Origin: an uncultured Gammaproteobacteria bacterium
Lineage (GTDB): Bacteria; Patescibacteriota; Microgenomatia; JALYQM01
Length of the DNA stretch: 64,000 nucleotides
NCBI GenBank assembly: GCA_964403585.1
Contig: CAYOFQ010000001.1
Coordinates: 1,152,826-1,216,825, forward strand
Direction of reading: 5' to 3'
Part shown: positions 9,101 to 17,618 of the stretch, one piece after another
Numbering within the stretch: the first letter of the stretch is position 1
How the letters are laid out: every line of letters starts with the position of its first letter
Position numbers and translations under genes: made by a program
The notes under the pieces: generated by a model
Told to the model about the DNA's origin: nothing
Databases searched by the model: none
Seen by the model: the letters and a program-made list of their open reading frames with translations, nothing else

Positions 9101-9556
9101 CTATTCTCCTAATTGTTTAAATAAATCTTCATTATTTACGTAATGAATTGTTTTCAGTCCCGCTTGTTCCACTGCTTGTATATTTTCTAAAGAATCATCA
9201 ATAAAAGTAATATCTGAAGCCTCTACATTCAAATTTTTTACAATTTCCCTGAAAGACTGAGGATCCTTCTTAGCATGCCCAATATCCAAAGCTGAGAATA
9301 TCTTCTTAAATAAAGGCTTTATATATGGAGATAATTCTGGAGCATCTTGAATAGATTCACTGGTAAACATGAACAGCTCAAATGTATCTTGATTAGATTT
9401 TAAATAATCTAAAAGATCTTTATTTAAGCTAAAATAATTAAAAAAATCAAAGCTTTTTTCTTGCTTCTTATCTTTATATAAGCCGTTTAAACTACCTGAA
9501 TAAGCTGAATCAGTAGGAAAAAGTAAAACCCTTGAAAAATCAAATAAAAGTATCAT
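9101..9556 (-). CDS. HAD-superfamily hydrolase-like protein
   Basis: C-terminal DITFIDDSLENIQAVEQAGLKTIHY (HAD motifs III/IV); N-terminal LLFDFS is a degenerate motif I. Confidence 0.5.
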   Translation of the reverse strand: MILLFDFSRVLLFPTDSAYSGSLNGLYKDKKQEKSFDFFNYFSLNKDLLDYLKSNQDTFELFMFTSESIQDAPELSPYIKPLFKKIFSALDIGHAKKDPQSFREIVKNLNVEASDITFIDDSLENIQAVEQAGLKTIHYVNNEDLFKQLGE

Positions 9557-9623
9557 TCAGCAATTATACCAAATTATGATCTTTCTAATTAAGTATAAAG
9601 TTTTTTATATTACTTGCACAAAA

Positions 9624-10292
9624 TTAGTTTGTAAACCCCTTTTCAGTAAGAACTTTATATTTTGGATCTTCTGGTTTTCTAAAACTTAATCTCTTTAATC
9701 CGTATGGTCCATAGAAATAATTTTGTAAAATGATTTTCATATCTAAAATATACATAGATAAACTCATGCTTTCTTCCCATAAATGATCTAATTTTACCAA
9801 GAAGTTTTCTCTATCTTTTTTAATTAATTCAGAAGGTTCTTGTAAAAGAAGTAAGCCTAAAAATTCATCAGTTACCTTCCCCTGTTCTTTATTAAAAGTT
9901 AACTTAACAGTATTTAAATTTTGCAAGAAGATTTCATAGCTCTCCCATTTTTGCAGGAACAAATAAAATCTTAAATTATTTCCAGCTGTTCTTACTTCAT
10001 TAATCCAATTCATAATTTGAAGTTCTTCTGTTCCTAAATGCCTATAAACACTTGTTATATGAAAAGATTGCAATTTACTGGAAAAGGCAGACAACTCAGC
10101 AGCATATTGATCAAGAGAAAAGATAAGATCCTTATAAACCTCATGATTAATCTCATTTTTATGTTGCTTTTTTTGTGCTTTTATAACAAATAAATAAGTA
10201 ACAACCCAACCAATTATACTTATTATTACTTCAGGCTTGTTCAACCAATATAAGCAATTTTTAATAAAGTCTAAAAAACATGAAATACTCAT
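9624..10292 (-). CDS. hypothetical membrane-anchored protein (AT-rich)
   Basis: ORF with an N-terminal TM helix; roughly 28-30% GC. Confidence 0.35.
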   Translation of the reverse strand: MSISCFLDFIKNCLYWLNKPEVIISIIGWVVTYLFVIKAQKKQHKNEINHEVYKDLIFSLDQYAAELSAFSSKLQSFHITSVYRHLGTEELQIMNWINEVRTAGNNLRFYLFLQKWESYEIFLQNLNTVKLTFNKEQGKVTDEFLGLLLLQEPSELIKKDRENFLVKLDHLWEESMSLSMYILDMKIILQNYFYGPYGLKRLSFRKPEDPKYKVLTEKGFTN

Positions 10293-10405
10293 TCATAAAA
10301 CAAGGGATCATATTAATGAGCAGAGATCAAATCTTTAAAGCTATCATTCCCTTGTTCTCCTAATATATTAATAGTTAGTATTGAAATCCTTTTAGCTTTT
10401 TCTGA

Positions 10406-10666
10406 CTAGCTTTCAATACCAGCTTTTAATAAAATTCTCAAGTTATCATCATATAACCTGTAGGTCATATCCTCAACTCTATTTTCTACTAATAATTTTA
10501 CTATATCCATAACATAATCAATATTAATATCAACATTTTTACTTAAATAATCAATAAGGCTTTTTATGTCTACTCTTTTAGTAAATCTAGGAACAATCTG
10601 TAAAATAAATGGATACGTTACGCTAAATATTGGTTTGAGAATGGTGACTGGGAAACAAAAAGACAA
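10406..10666 (-). CDS. hypothetical protein
   Basis: ORF only; AT-rich. Confidence 0.3.
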   Translation of the reverse strand: MSFCFPVTILKPIFSVTYPFILQIVPRFTKRVDIKSLIDYLSKNVDINIDYVMDIVKLLVENRVEDMTYRLYDDNLRILLKAGIES

Positions 10667-10856
10667 ATTCTCATGAGTCTTGGTCAGAACCTAACTTTAA
10701 AAGATAGAAAACTGCATATTGATCTGCATAAACCACTACTGTTCATTGAAGAAATCAAATTATCTGAAAGGTCAGTTTATGAAGGGTTAGAACCTGAAAA
10801 AGAAAGCATTAATAAGCCATTATTAGAGAAATTATGGACTGAGAATCCAAGTGTGT

Positions 10857-10925
10857 TGCCGGACTAGGATTCGAACCTAGAAAAACGGATTCAGAGTCCG
10901 TTGTGATACCGTTTCACCATCCGGC
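10857..10925 (-). tRNA. tRNA-Gln (anticodon CUG), compact 69-nt form
   Basis: Canonical GGTTCGAATCC T-arm, anticodon loop CUCUGAA, acceptor GCCGGAU/GUCCGGC, discriminator A; no CCA encoded; D-arm short. Confidence 0.6.
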
Positions 10926-11063
10926 AGTAAAACACTGACGCCTATAGTACCACAAAAACCCCAGTCCAGGCAACACAGAAGCGGTAAGATAGGTTCAGTT
11001 TACTGTATTCCTTGGGACGGATTTTCTCTTTATAATCTTATGAGAATGTGATAGTATCGATGT

Positions 11064-11504
11064 ATGAATAAAGAAATTGTGCTTCTCGCCCTCACAACCG
11101 TACTATTCTTAACCGCCTGCACGCAACAGACCCCGGTTATGCCTTCGCCAAGTGCAATACAACCCCCCACCAACTCCCCCACCGCAACACCAACCGAGAC
11201 ACCTACTGCTTCTCCAAGCGCCTCACCTTCGGTAAGTCCAACACTTAAGTCAGTTATTAAAAATGGAAAATCGGAGACAAAAGTGAATATTAATAATAAT
11301 GTCAACGGATCGGTACAATCCTACTCTACTTCAAACTCCACAACCAATATTAATGTCAATTCCAACGGAACAAGTGTCAAAGTAGTAAGTGAAAACGGTA
11401 AACGCTACGCGGAAGTAAATGGCAAACGAGTTGAGCTTGATGCAAATGGATGTTACGATTACGACCAGAACGGAACCAAAATCCACACCTGCGTGAATAA
11501 TTAA
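11064..11504 (+). CDS. lipoprotein with S/T/P-rich low-complexity region
   Basis: Signal peptide plus lipobox LTAC; PTNSPTATPTETPTASPSASPSVSPT. Confidence 0.6.
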   Translation: MNKEIVLLALTTVLFLTACTQQTPVMPSPSAIQPPTNSPTATPTETPTASPSASPSVSPTLKSVIKNGKSETKVNINNNVNGSVQSYSTSNSTTNINVNSNGTSVKVVSENGKRYAEVNGKRVELDANGCYDYDQNGTKIHTCVNN

Positions 11505-11794
11505 GATTTTTTCTTTTTAGACTTAGTATGTACTCTATACGCAAGATAATAGAGCAGGAAATAATTAAGTCCAATCGAAAAAATTACAAAAAGAGTGAAG
11601 AGCGTTGTTGATTCAGGGAATATAGAGATCAGCGGAATTAACAATGGTAGTTCGGGTAACACGGCCAAAAGCAGATACGCACCGCTAAACATTTGTCTGC
11701 TTATTATTCCGAAAAAGAATAAAAACACAATGATAACAGTATAAGTAATGGCTAACTCTCTGCCGAAAACCGTCCGGTATTTTTTGAACAACAT
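11501..11794 (-). CDS. small integral membrane protein
   Basis: Three hydrophobic helices, lysine-rich C-terminus. Confidence 0.35.
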   Translation of the reverse strand: MLFKKYRTVFGRELAITYTVIIVFLFFFGIISRQMFSGAYLLLAVLPELPLLIPLISIFPESTTLFTLFVIFSIGLNYFLLYYLAYRVHTKSKKKKS

Positions 11795-11812
11795 ACTAAA
11801 TTAATAGTACGA

Positions 11813-13348
11813 TTACATAACCTTAATAGCCATAGCCAACCGCTCCAGACATACTTTCTTTCCGAGTGTTTCCATTGTTTCAAACAATGGTGGTGTCGCA
11901 CTTCGTCCGGTTACCGCCACACGAAGCACCATAAAGAAATCACCAATTTTCCATTGTTCAGATTCCAAAACACCTCGCATCAATCCTTCCAATATGTCAT
12001 GATTCCAGGTTTCAGTTACGGACAAAACGTCGTGTGCTTTTTCCAGCATCCGACGGGTTAATTCTGCATCCTTTGGCTTACCCAATAACAGTGTTTTCCA
12101 ATGATCGGAAGCTTCCTGATCCGTCGGATTAGTATCCAAAGTTCCGGCAGCTACGGCTTTTCTCTTTAGATCGCTCTTTAAAACTTGGTCAACTTCTTCA
12201 AAGAAAAAACGCACCAGATCATCAAATTCGGCAAGCAAATTAATCCGCTCCTTAACTAAAGGTAACACCGGCAGTATTTGTTGATGCGTATACCGTGAAT
12301 ATGTATTGCCAACGTCATCTTTTTCAGTCAATCTTCTAATTAGCTCCGAATCGGAAAGCGATCTCACCCATTGGCCATTTACCCAATCAAGTTTTTTAAG
12401 GTCAAATTTCGCTCCCTGAGAAGTCACGTCTTTAATCTCAAAAAGCCGCATAAATTCCTCGAAGGAATAAATTTCCTTACCTTCCGGATTATTCCAGACT
12501 ATGTTAGATAGATAGTTGAGAACCGCTTCCGGCAAATAGCCCAGCTTACGATAATAATCGACTGAGGCATGACCATGACGTTTAGATAATTTTCCTTTGC
12601 CTTCACTGTTTAATACCAACGGAAGATGAACATGTTGAGGTGCATCCCACCCAAAAAAACGGTATAAAAGGATATGTTTTGGAGTTGACGGAATCCATTC
12701 TCTCCCTCTAAAAATATGGGAGATTTTCATCAGATGATCATCAACAACCACCGCCATATGATACGTTGGATATCCATCCGCTTTAAGTAAAACCTGATCA
12801 TCAATTAGTTCACTGCGAAACTCAACATGACCGACAAGCGCATCTTCAAAGGAAATAATCTCACCATCTGGAACTTTCATACGCACAACATGAGCAACAC
12901 CGGCAGCCAGCCGATCCTGAACATCCTGCGCGCTTAACGTCCGACACAGCCGGTCATACATGGGAGGCTGGTGATTAGCCTCCTGCTGCTTGCGCATTTC
13001 CTCAAGTCGTTCTTTTGTACAAAAACAGTAGTACGCATGCCCTTTGTGGATTAATTCTTCAACATACGGCTTATATATTTCCAGCCGTTCAGACTGACGA
13101 TACGGCGCATAGGGGCCTCCCTTAACCGGATCTTCATCACCATCAAGCCCAAACCAGGAGAGCATACGGTACACAACATCTTCACCTCCCTGTACCAACC
13201 GGACACGATCAGTATCTTCCAAGCGAACGACAAATTGACCACCGTGTTTATGCGCATATGCATAGTCAAAAAGGACCTGATAAATTGTTCCTAAATGGGG
13301 AAAACCTGTTGGTGAAGGGGCAATTCTGGTACGTACTGCTTTTTCCAT
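11813..13348 (-). CDS. gltX: glutamate--tRNA ligase
   Basis: Class I HIGH motif PSPTGFPHLG and KLSKR (KMSKS) motif; 511 aa. Confidence 0.9.
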   Translation of the reverse strand: MEKAVRTRIAPSPTGFPHLGTIYQVLFDYAYAHKHGGQFVVRLEDTDRVRLVQGGEDVVYRMLSWFGLDGDEDPVKGGPYAPYRQSERLEIYKPYVEELIHKGHAYYCFCTKERLEEMRKQQEANHQPPMYDRLCRTLSAQDVQDRLAAGVAHVVRMKVPDGEIISFEDALVGHVEFRSELIDDQVLLKADGYPTYHMAVVVDDHLMKISHIFRGREWIPSTPKHILLYRFFGWDAPQHVHLPLVLNSEGKGKLSKRHGHASVDYYRKLGYLPEAVLNYLSNIVWNNPEGKEIYSFEEFMRLFEIKDVTSQGAKFDLKKLDWVNGQWVRSLSDSELIRRLTEKDDVGNTYSRYTHQQILPVLPLVKERINLLAEFDDLVRFFFEEVDQVLKSDLKRKAVAAGTLDTNPTDQEASDHWKTLLLGKPKDAELTRRMLEKAHDVLSVTETWNHDILEGLMRGVLESEQWKIGDFFMVLRVAVTGRSATPPLFETMETLGKKVCLERLAMAIKVM

Positions 13349-13393
13349 AATAATTGCATTTTACCATAACAACCAATATACTTACTACTAACC

Positions 13394-14521
13394 ATGGCTT
13401 CACGTCTAACTACCACCGCCGATGCAACCAAAAAAGGTGCTATTTTCTTAGGAATTGGCATAATTGCCTTTTTTGTGCTCAGATTTACACTCACCGCTGC
13501 CTATAATGCCTGTTGTGTCCGCCCAACACCTACACCGACCCCATACATCAACCCGGCGTATGGAGTGCTTGAAGCACCGTTATTAGTCGATGGAACTACC
13601 ACCAGTGCCGGTAAAAAATTTGTTCTGGAAACCATTGACGGCAACATCCCCGAAGGCACCTCCAGCGCCATGGTCTATGAAGTAGAGAAAAAAAGTGCCG
13701 AACTCGACTACCAGCAGCAATCACTATCACTCGCTGAAAATTTAGGCTTCCGCGGCGCCAGACCGGTAAAAAACACCGATCGGACATTCCTCTTTACCGA
13801 CCAGAATGATCCCAACCGTAAGATCGAAATTGATTTCATCTACTATAATATGAACTACTCCTACGATAACCTTGCGGCATACGTATCTTTGGAACGAAGC
13901 ATTACCCCAACCATTGAACGGGCGAAACAGGACGCATTAAACTTTGTCAGCAACGCACGACCTGATTTACGCAATACCCGCGGTATCTTGGAACTTGAAA
14001 CACCGGCCAAAGGCAATTTTGTCTACTTTGACCCCACCACACAGATAACAACACCGGTTGCCTCCCAACTTCAGGCAAACCTTACCAAAGTAAATATTCC
14101 ACGCATGCCAATCTATGACATTCCGTTTATTAGTCCATATATCAATAAGAGTTTAATAAACTTCACTTTTACCGGAGTAACCACCAGTGCCAATTCACGC
14201 GATTTTCAAAATAGAATGTTAAGTGCCGAAATTGTCTACTGGCCTATTAACAACTCGCCAAATGTATTAGGTGTATATCCAACCCGAAGCACACAGCGAG
14301 CATGGGAATTACTCAACCAGGGCAAAGCCATTGTTTTAAGTCCTTCAAACCCAGGCGACGAATATAATATCCGAAAAATTTATCTCGCCTATTATGAACC
14401 ACCAACGTATCAACCATATATTCAACCGGTCTGGGTATTTGAAGGCGACAAACCAACCGACAGCAACTTCCTCTTCCGCGCCTTCGTTCCTGCAGTGCAG
14501 GAAGGGTATGTGAAGGAATAA
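13394..14521 (+). CDS. membrane-anchored extracytoplasmic hypothetical protein
   Basis: N-terminal TM helix, then a PTPTPTP linker, then a roughly 300-aa domain with no recognised motif. Confidence 0.45.
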   Translation: MASRLTTTADATKKGAIFLGIGIIAFFVLRFTLTAAYNACCVRPTPTPTPYINPAYGVLEAPLLVDGTTTSAGKKFVLETIDGNIPEGTSSAMVYEVEKKSAELDYQQQSLSLAENLGFRGARPVKNTDRTFLFTDQNDPNRKIEIDFIYYNMNYSYDNLAAYVSLERSITPTIERAKQDALNFVSNARPDLRNTRGILELETPAKGNFVYFDPTTQITTPVASQLQANLTKVNIPRMPIYDIPFISPYINKSLINFTFTGVTTSANSRDFQNRMLSAEIVYWPINNSPNVLGVYPTRSTQRAWELLNQGKAIVLSPSNPGDEYNIRKIYLAYYEPPTYQPYIQPVWVFEGDKPTDSNFLFRAFVPAVQEGYVKE

Positions 14522-14705
14522 TCATTTTTTTACACCGGCAGTCGCTAATTGATTTGCGCCGCGAGGACTTCCGCTGAAGGTTGCCGAACACGCAATATGC
14601 AACCGAGACACGTCGTTAAAGGATGCAATGATGAATGCAGAAGGCCAATAAGGGAGAAAGCCTGAGCATCCACAGCCAGCAAATCATTTAGCGACTGAAG
14701 AAACC

Positions 14706-15632
14706 TTACTCCACCTTCCGCCATTCATAATTCCGGTACACCCACTCCACTACAGCCTTCGTCTCACCAAACCGGTCCGCACTCTTCAACAAAACAATGA
14801 TCACCCGATGACCGTTTCGATTCACTGTCGAAACAAGCACCTCACCCGCGTCTTCGGTATATCCTGTCTTAATACCATCAAGCCCGGGCACCTCACCAAG
14901 TAACTTATTCGTTGATTTAAGTACGTGGCGCTCTCCACCTAATCCATACACCGTTCGTTCTTTAGTCGTGACTATCGACCGAAACGTCTCGTTTCGCATC
15001 GCGAATGCGGCCAGTTGCCCCAAATCCCACGCCGTCATTTTATGATCAGGGTTCGGCAATCCGGAAGGATTCCGGAAACGTGTGTGTCGCAAGCCTAATT
15101 CAATTGCCCGCGTATTCATACGATCAATAAAAGCCGGATACCCGCCGGGATACGACATTGCCAACGTATCTGCCGCATCATTTCCGGAATTTATCAACAA
15201 ACCATTCAATAAGTTACGCACCGTTATTCGCTCATGCTTTTCCAGACGCATTAATGAACCCGAAAAACTTGCTTCCGGTACTTCAATCACATCATCCAGT
15301 CGGAATTCCTCCAAAGCAATCAACGCAGTCATTATCTTCGTAGTGGAGGCGGGAAACAGTTCATGATGGGCATTTTTTTGATAAAGTGGCACTGCCGAAT
15401 CAACATCAATAATAAAGACACCTTCGGCCGTAAGACTTGGCACATCCTCTGTACCGACTCTTTCCGGATACAGTGATAACGAAACATCCGCAAACCATTG
15501 TGGCAGCTCACGATACGCGGCCTTAAGCTGTGAATAGTCCAAGTTCCGGTAATAGGAATATCCCGGAACTTGAGCCATCACCAGCATCAGCAAAACCAGA
15601 AAATAGAGCGACGGATTACGGAATACAGACAT
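14706..15632 (-). CDS. dacA: D-alanyl-D-alanine carboxypeptidase (S11, PBP5-like)
   Basis: SxxK ASTTK, SxN SGND, KTG GIKTGYT; N-terminal signal peptide. Confidence 0.85.
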   Translation of the reverse strand: MSVFRNPSLYFLVLLMLVMAQVPGYSYYRNLDYSQLKAAYRELPQWFADVSLSLYPERVGTEDVPSLTAEGVFIIDVDSAVPLYQKNAHHELFPASTTKIMTALIALEEFRLDDVIEVPEASFSGSLMRLEKHERITVRNLLNGLLINSGNDAADTLAMSYPGGYPAFIDRMNTRAIELGLRHTRFRNPSGLPNPDHKMTAWDLGQLAAFAMRNETFRSIVTTKERTVYGLGGERHVLKSTNKLLGEVPGLDGIKTGYTEDAGEVLVSTVNRNGHRVIIVLLKSADRFGETKAVVEWVYRNYEWRKVE

Positions 15633-15650
15633 ACTCTATGCCATTATACG

Positions 15651-16979
15651 TTATTCTTCCGACATCTGAGACAGTCTAAAATCAATCCGCTCCATATCAC
15701 GCGGGAACATTGCTGCTTCACGAATATTTTCCAGTTCCAGAATCTGTTTGGTTATTCGCTCAGCCCCGAAGGCAAATCCCCCTTCCGGAGGTGCTCCGTA
15801 TTTAAACGCATCAAGAAACATCCGTACTTTCTCGGGATCCATATTCCACTCTTCGACATGTTTCATCAGCTGATTATAATCATTGATACGTCGACCTCCG
15901 GATAACCACTCTACACCCCGGCAAAGAAGGTCCATACCTTCGTTGTATTCAGGCTCTTCCGGATTGGGATACACATAGAACGGTTTTTTCTTGGTTGGAT
16001 ATCCGTACACAAACACCAGATCGGATCCGGTTTCTTCTTTGATAATTCGGCAAAGCTCACGCTCATCTTCAGGATTTAAGTCTTTTTCACCACGAACATC
16101 ACGCCCGTTTTTAGCAAATATCTTTTCCTGAGCTTCACGTAAGCTTAAGGTAGGTGTTTTTTCAATCGTTGCCGGAATCTCCACACCAAACAATGCAACT
16201 TCCTTGGCACACTTTTCACCAACCTGCTGCAAAATATATTTAACTACCCCGTCAGCCATATCGCGCACATCGGTCCACGATTCAATAAATCCCATTTCGG
16301 CATCCAGCGATACAATCTCAGTCAAGTGACGTGTAGTGACAGAAGGTTCTGCCCGGAATACTTTGTTAACGGAAAAAACGCGTTCGAAAGCTGTCATGAC
16401 AATCTGTTTATACAATTGTGGACTTTGCGTAAGATAGGCTTTTTTATCAAAGTACTCAACTTCAAAAACCTCCGCTCCACCTTCAGCGGTTGCCGGTGCA
16501 ATCGCCGGCGCCTGGAATTCAAAAAAGTCATGTTGTTTCATGTATTCCCGGAAAGCATCAATCACAACTTCCTGCACTTTGAAAATCGCCTGTACACGCG
16601 GGTGTCGCAAAGTTAATGCCCGGTGATCCAGGAGTGTCGGTAATTCTACATCCAAGACATCCTTTGACATATCAAACGGCAAAGTCGCTGATTTTGCCAA
16701 AACCGTATACTCTTCCACATCCAGCTCAATCTTACCCGTCTCTAAGTCAGGGTTGATTGCTTTTTCCGAACGATTCTTAATCGTTCCAACAATTTGCACC
16801 ACATCCTCTTTACCCAACTCCGACATCTTCTGGTAACCAACCAGTTGAATCTTCCCTGAACGGTCACGTAAATCTATGAAAGTCAACTTACCATGGTCAC
16901 GCTTGGTATCGACCCATCCTTTAAGTAATACCTTTTCGCCTACCTTTCCGGTAGTTTCCCGAACTAATGTTCTTTCCAT
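15651..16979 (-). CDS. class IIb aminoacyl-tRNA synthetase: aspartate--tRNA ligase (archaeal/type-2) or asparagine--tRNA ligase
   Basis: N-terminal OB fold; motif 2 FRAE; QSPQLYKQ; motif 3 GFAFGAERI; 442 aa. Asp versus Asn specificity cannot be resolved by eye. Confidence 0.85.
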   Translation of the reverse strand: MERTLVRETTGKVGEKVLLKGWVDTKRDHGKLTFIDLRDRSGKIQLVGYQKMSELGKEDVVQIVGTIKNRSEKAINPDLETGKIELDVEEYTVLAKSATLPFDMSKDVLDVELPTLLDHRALTLRHPRVQAIFKVQEVVIDAFREYMKQHDFFEFQAPAIAPATAEGGAEVFEVEYFDKKAYLTQSPQLYKQIVMTAFERVFSVNKVFRAEPSVTTRHLTEIVSLDAEMGFIESWTDVRDMADGVVKYILQQVGEKCAKEVALFGVEIPATIEKTPTLSLREAQEKIFAKNGRDVRGEKDLNPEDERELCRIIKEETGSDLVFVYGYPTKKKPFYVYPNPEEPEYNEGMDLLCRGVEWLSGGRRINDYNQLMKHVEEWNMDPEKVRMFLDAFKYGAPPEGGFAFGAERITKQILELENIREAAMFPRDMERIDFRLSQMSEE

Positions 16980-16984
16980 AAAAC

Positions 16985-17165
16985 CTCCTAAATACTAAAA
17001 AAGCCCTTATAAAATTACCTAAACGATAATTATATAAGGGCGCTTTTCGCGCGGTGCCACCTTACTTTGTGCTCATTGACGGCTATAACGGGCGTTCCCG
17101 GAGAGTTCTACTACCAAGAAGGGTTCTTCTCTCAGCTCACCTGTGTCGCAGGGTCATTGCTTTTC
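16985..17165 (-). promoter_or_regulatory. T-box riboswitch leader of the Asp/Asn-tRNA synthetase gene
   Basis: Minus-strand AAGUAAGGUGGCACCGCGCG (T-box core GGUGGNACCGCG) at 17048..17067, overlapping the 5' arm of a terminator GCCCUUAUA...UAUAAGGGC + U6 (16996..17041). The T-box 5' half mimics the terminator 3' arm. Candidate -35 TTGTTC / -10 TATACT at 17197..17170. Confidence 0.65.
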
Positions 17166-17373
17166 ATTGAGTATACCATACATTGTTATAAGAACAAGAA
17201 AGACATAGTAAAATAGTCGATATTTCTTACCCAGATAGCGCTAAAAACCCCTTTAATTGACAAAATAAGTTAAAATAGTATAATATCCTATAATATAAGT
17301 ATATAAGGATAACTAAGCGACAGTAACCAAATTATGCAGTAATAGGGGTATATAAGTATCCTTAGTTCCAGCC

Positions 17374-17400
17374 TTGACAAAAGGATCTGTGTACTATAAA
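17374..17400 (+). promoter_or_regulatory. candidate sigma70 promoter (TTGACA-N15-TATAAA) for the 17619 gene and its leader
   Basis: TTGACA at 17374..17379, TATAAA at 17395..17400. Confidence 0.35.
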
Positions 17401-17549
17401 AATAGTCTGTTATATGATTAATAACTCAGTTTCTACCAATTACCTTAACCTCAATCTCATTAATTACGGGATTCGTAATTTTGCGTTTATTCATGCAAAA
17501 AAGCAAAGGGGGTAAGTTTTTAAACGCTAAACCGAATAAAACAGACCAA

Positions 17550-17575
17550 ACCCCCTCAACAAAGGGGGTTTTTCC
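17550..17575 (+). terminator. intrinsic terminator/attenuator in the 5' leader of the 574-aa gene
   Basis: ACCCCCU-CAACAA-AGGGGGU followed by UUUUUCC; upstream AAGGGGG (17506..17512) can alternatively pair with CCCCCU. Confidence 0.5.
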
Positions 17576-17618
17576 GTTAAATATAGGAGTAATTTAACAG
17601 GATAGAGAAAGTACAAAT

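Noticed and set aside
10673-10867. 64-aa plus-strand ORF
   Set aside because: Overlaps tRNA-Gln on the opposite strand, is AT-rich and has no ribosome-binding site; spurious.
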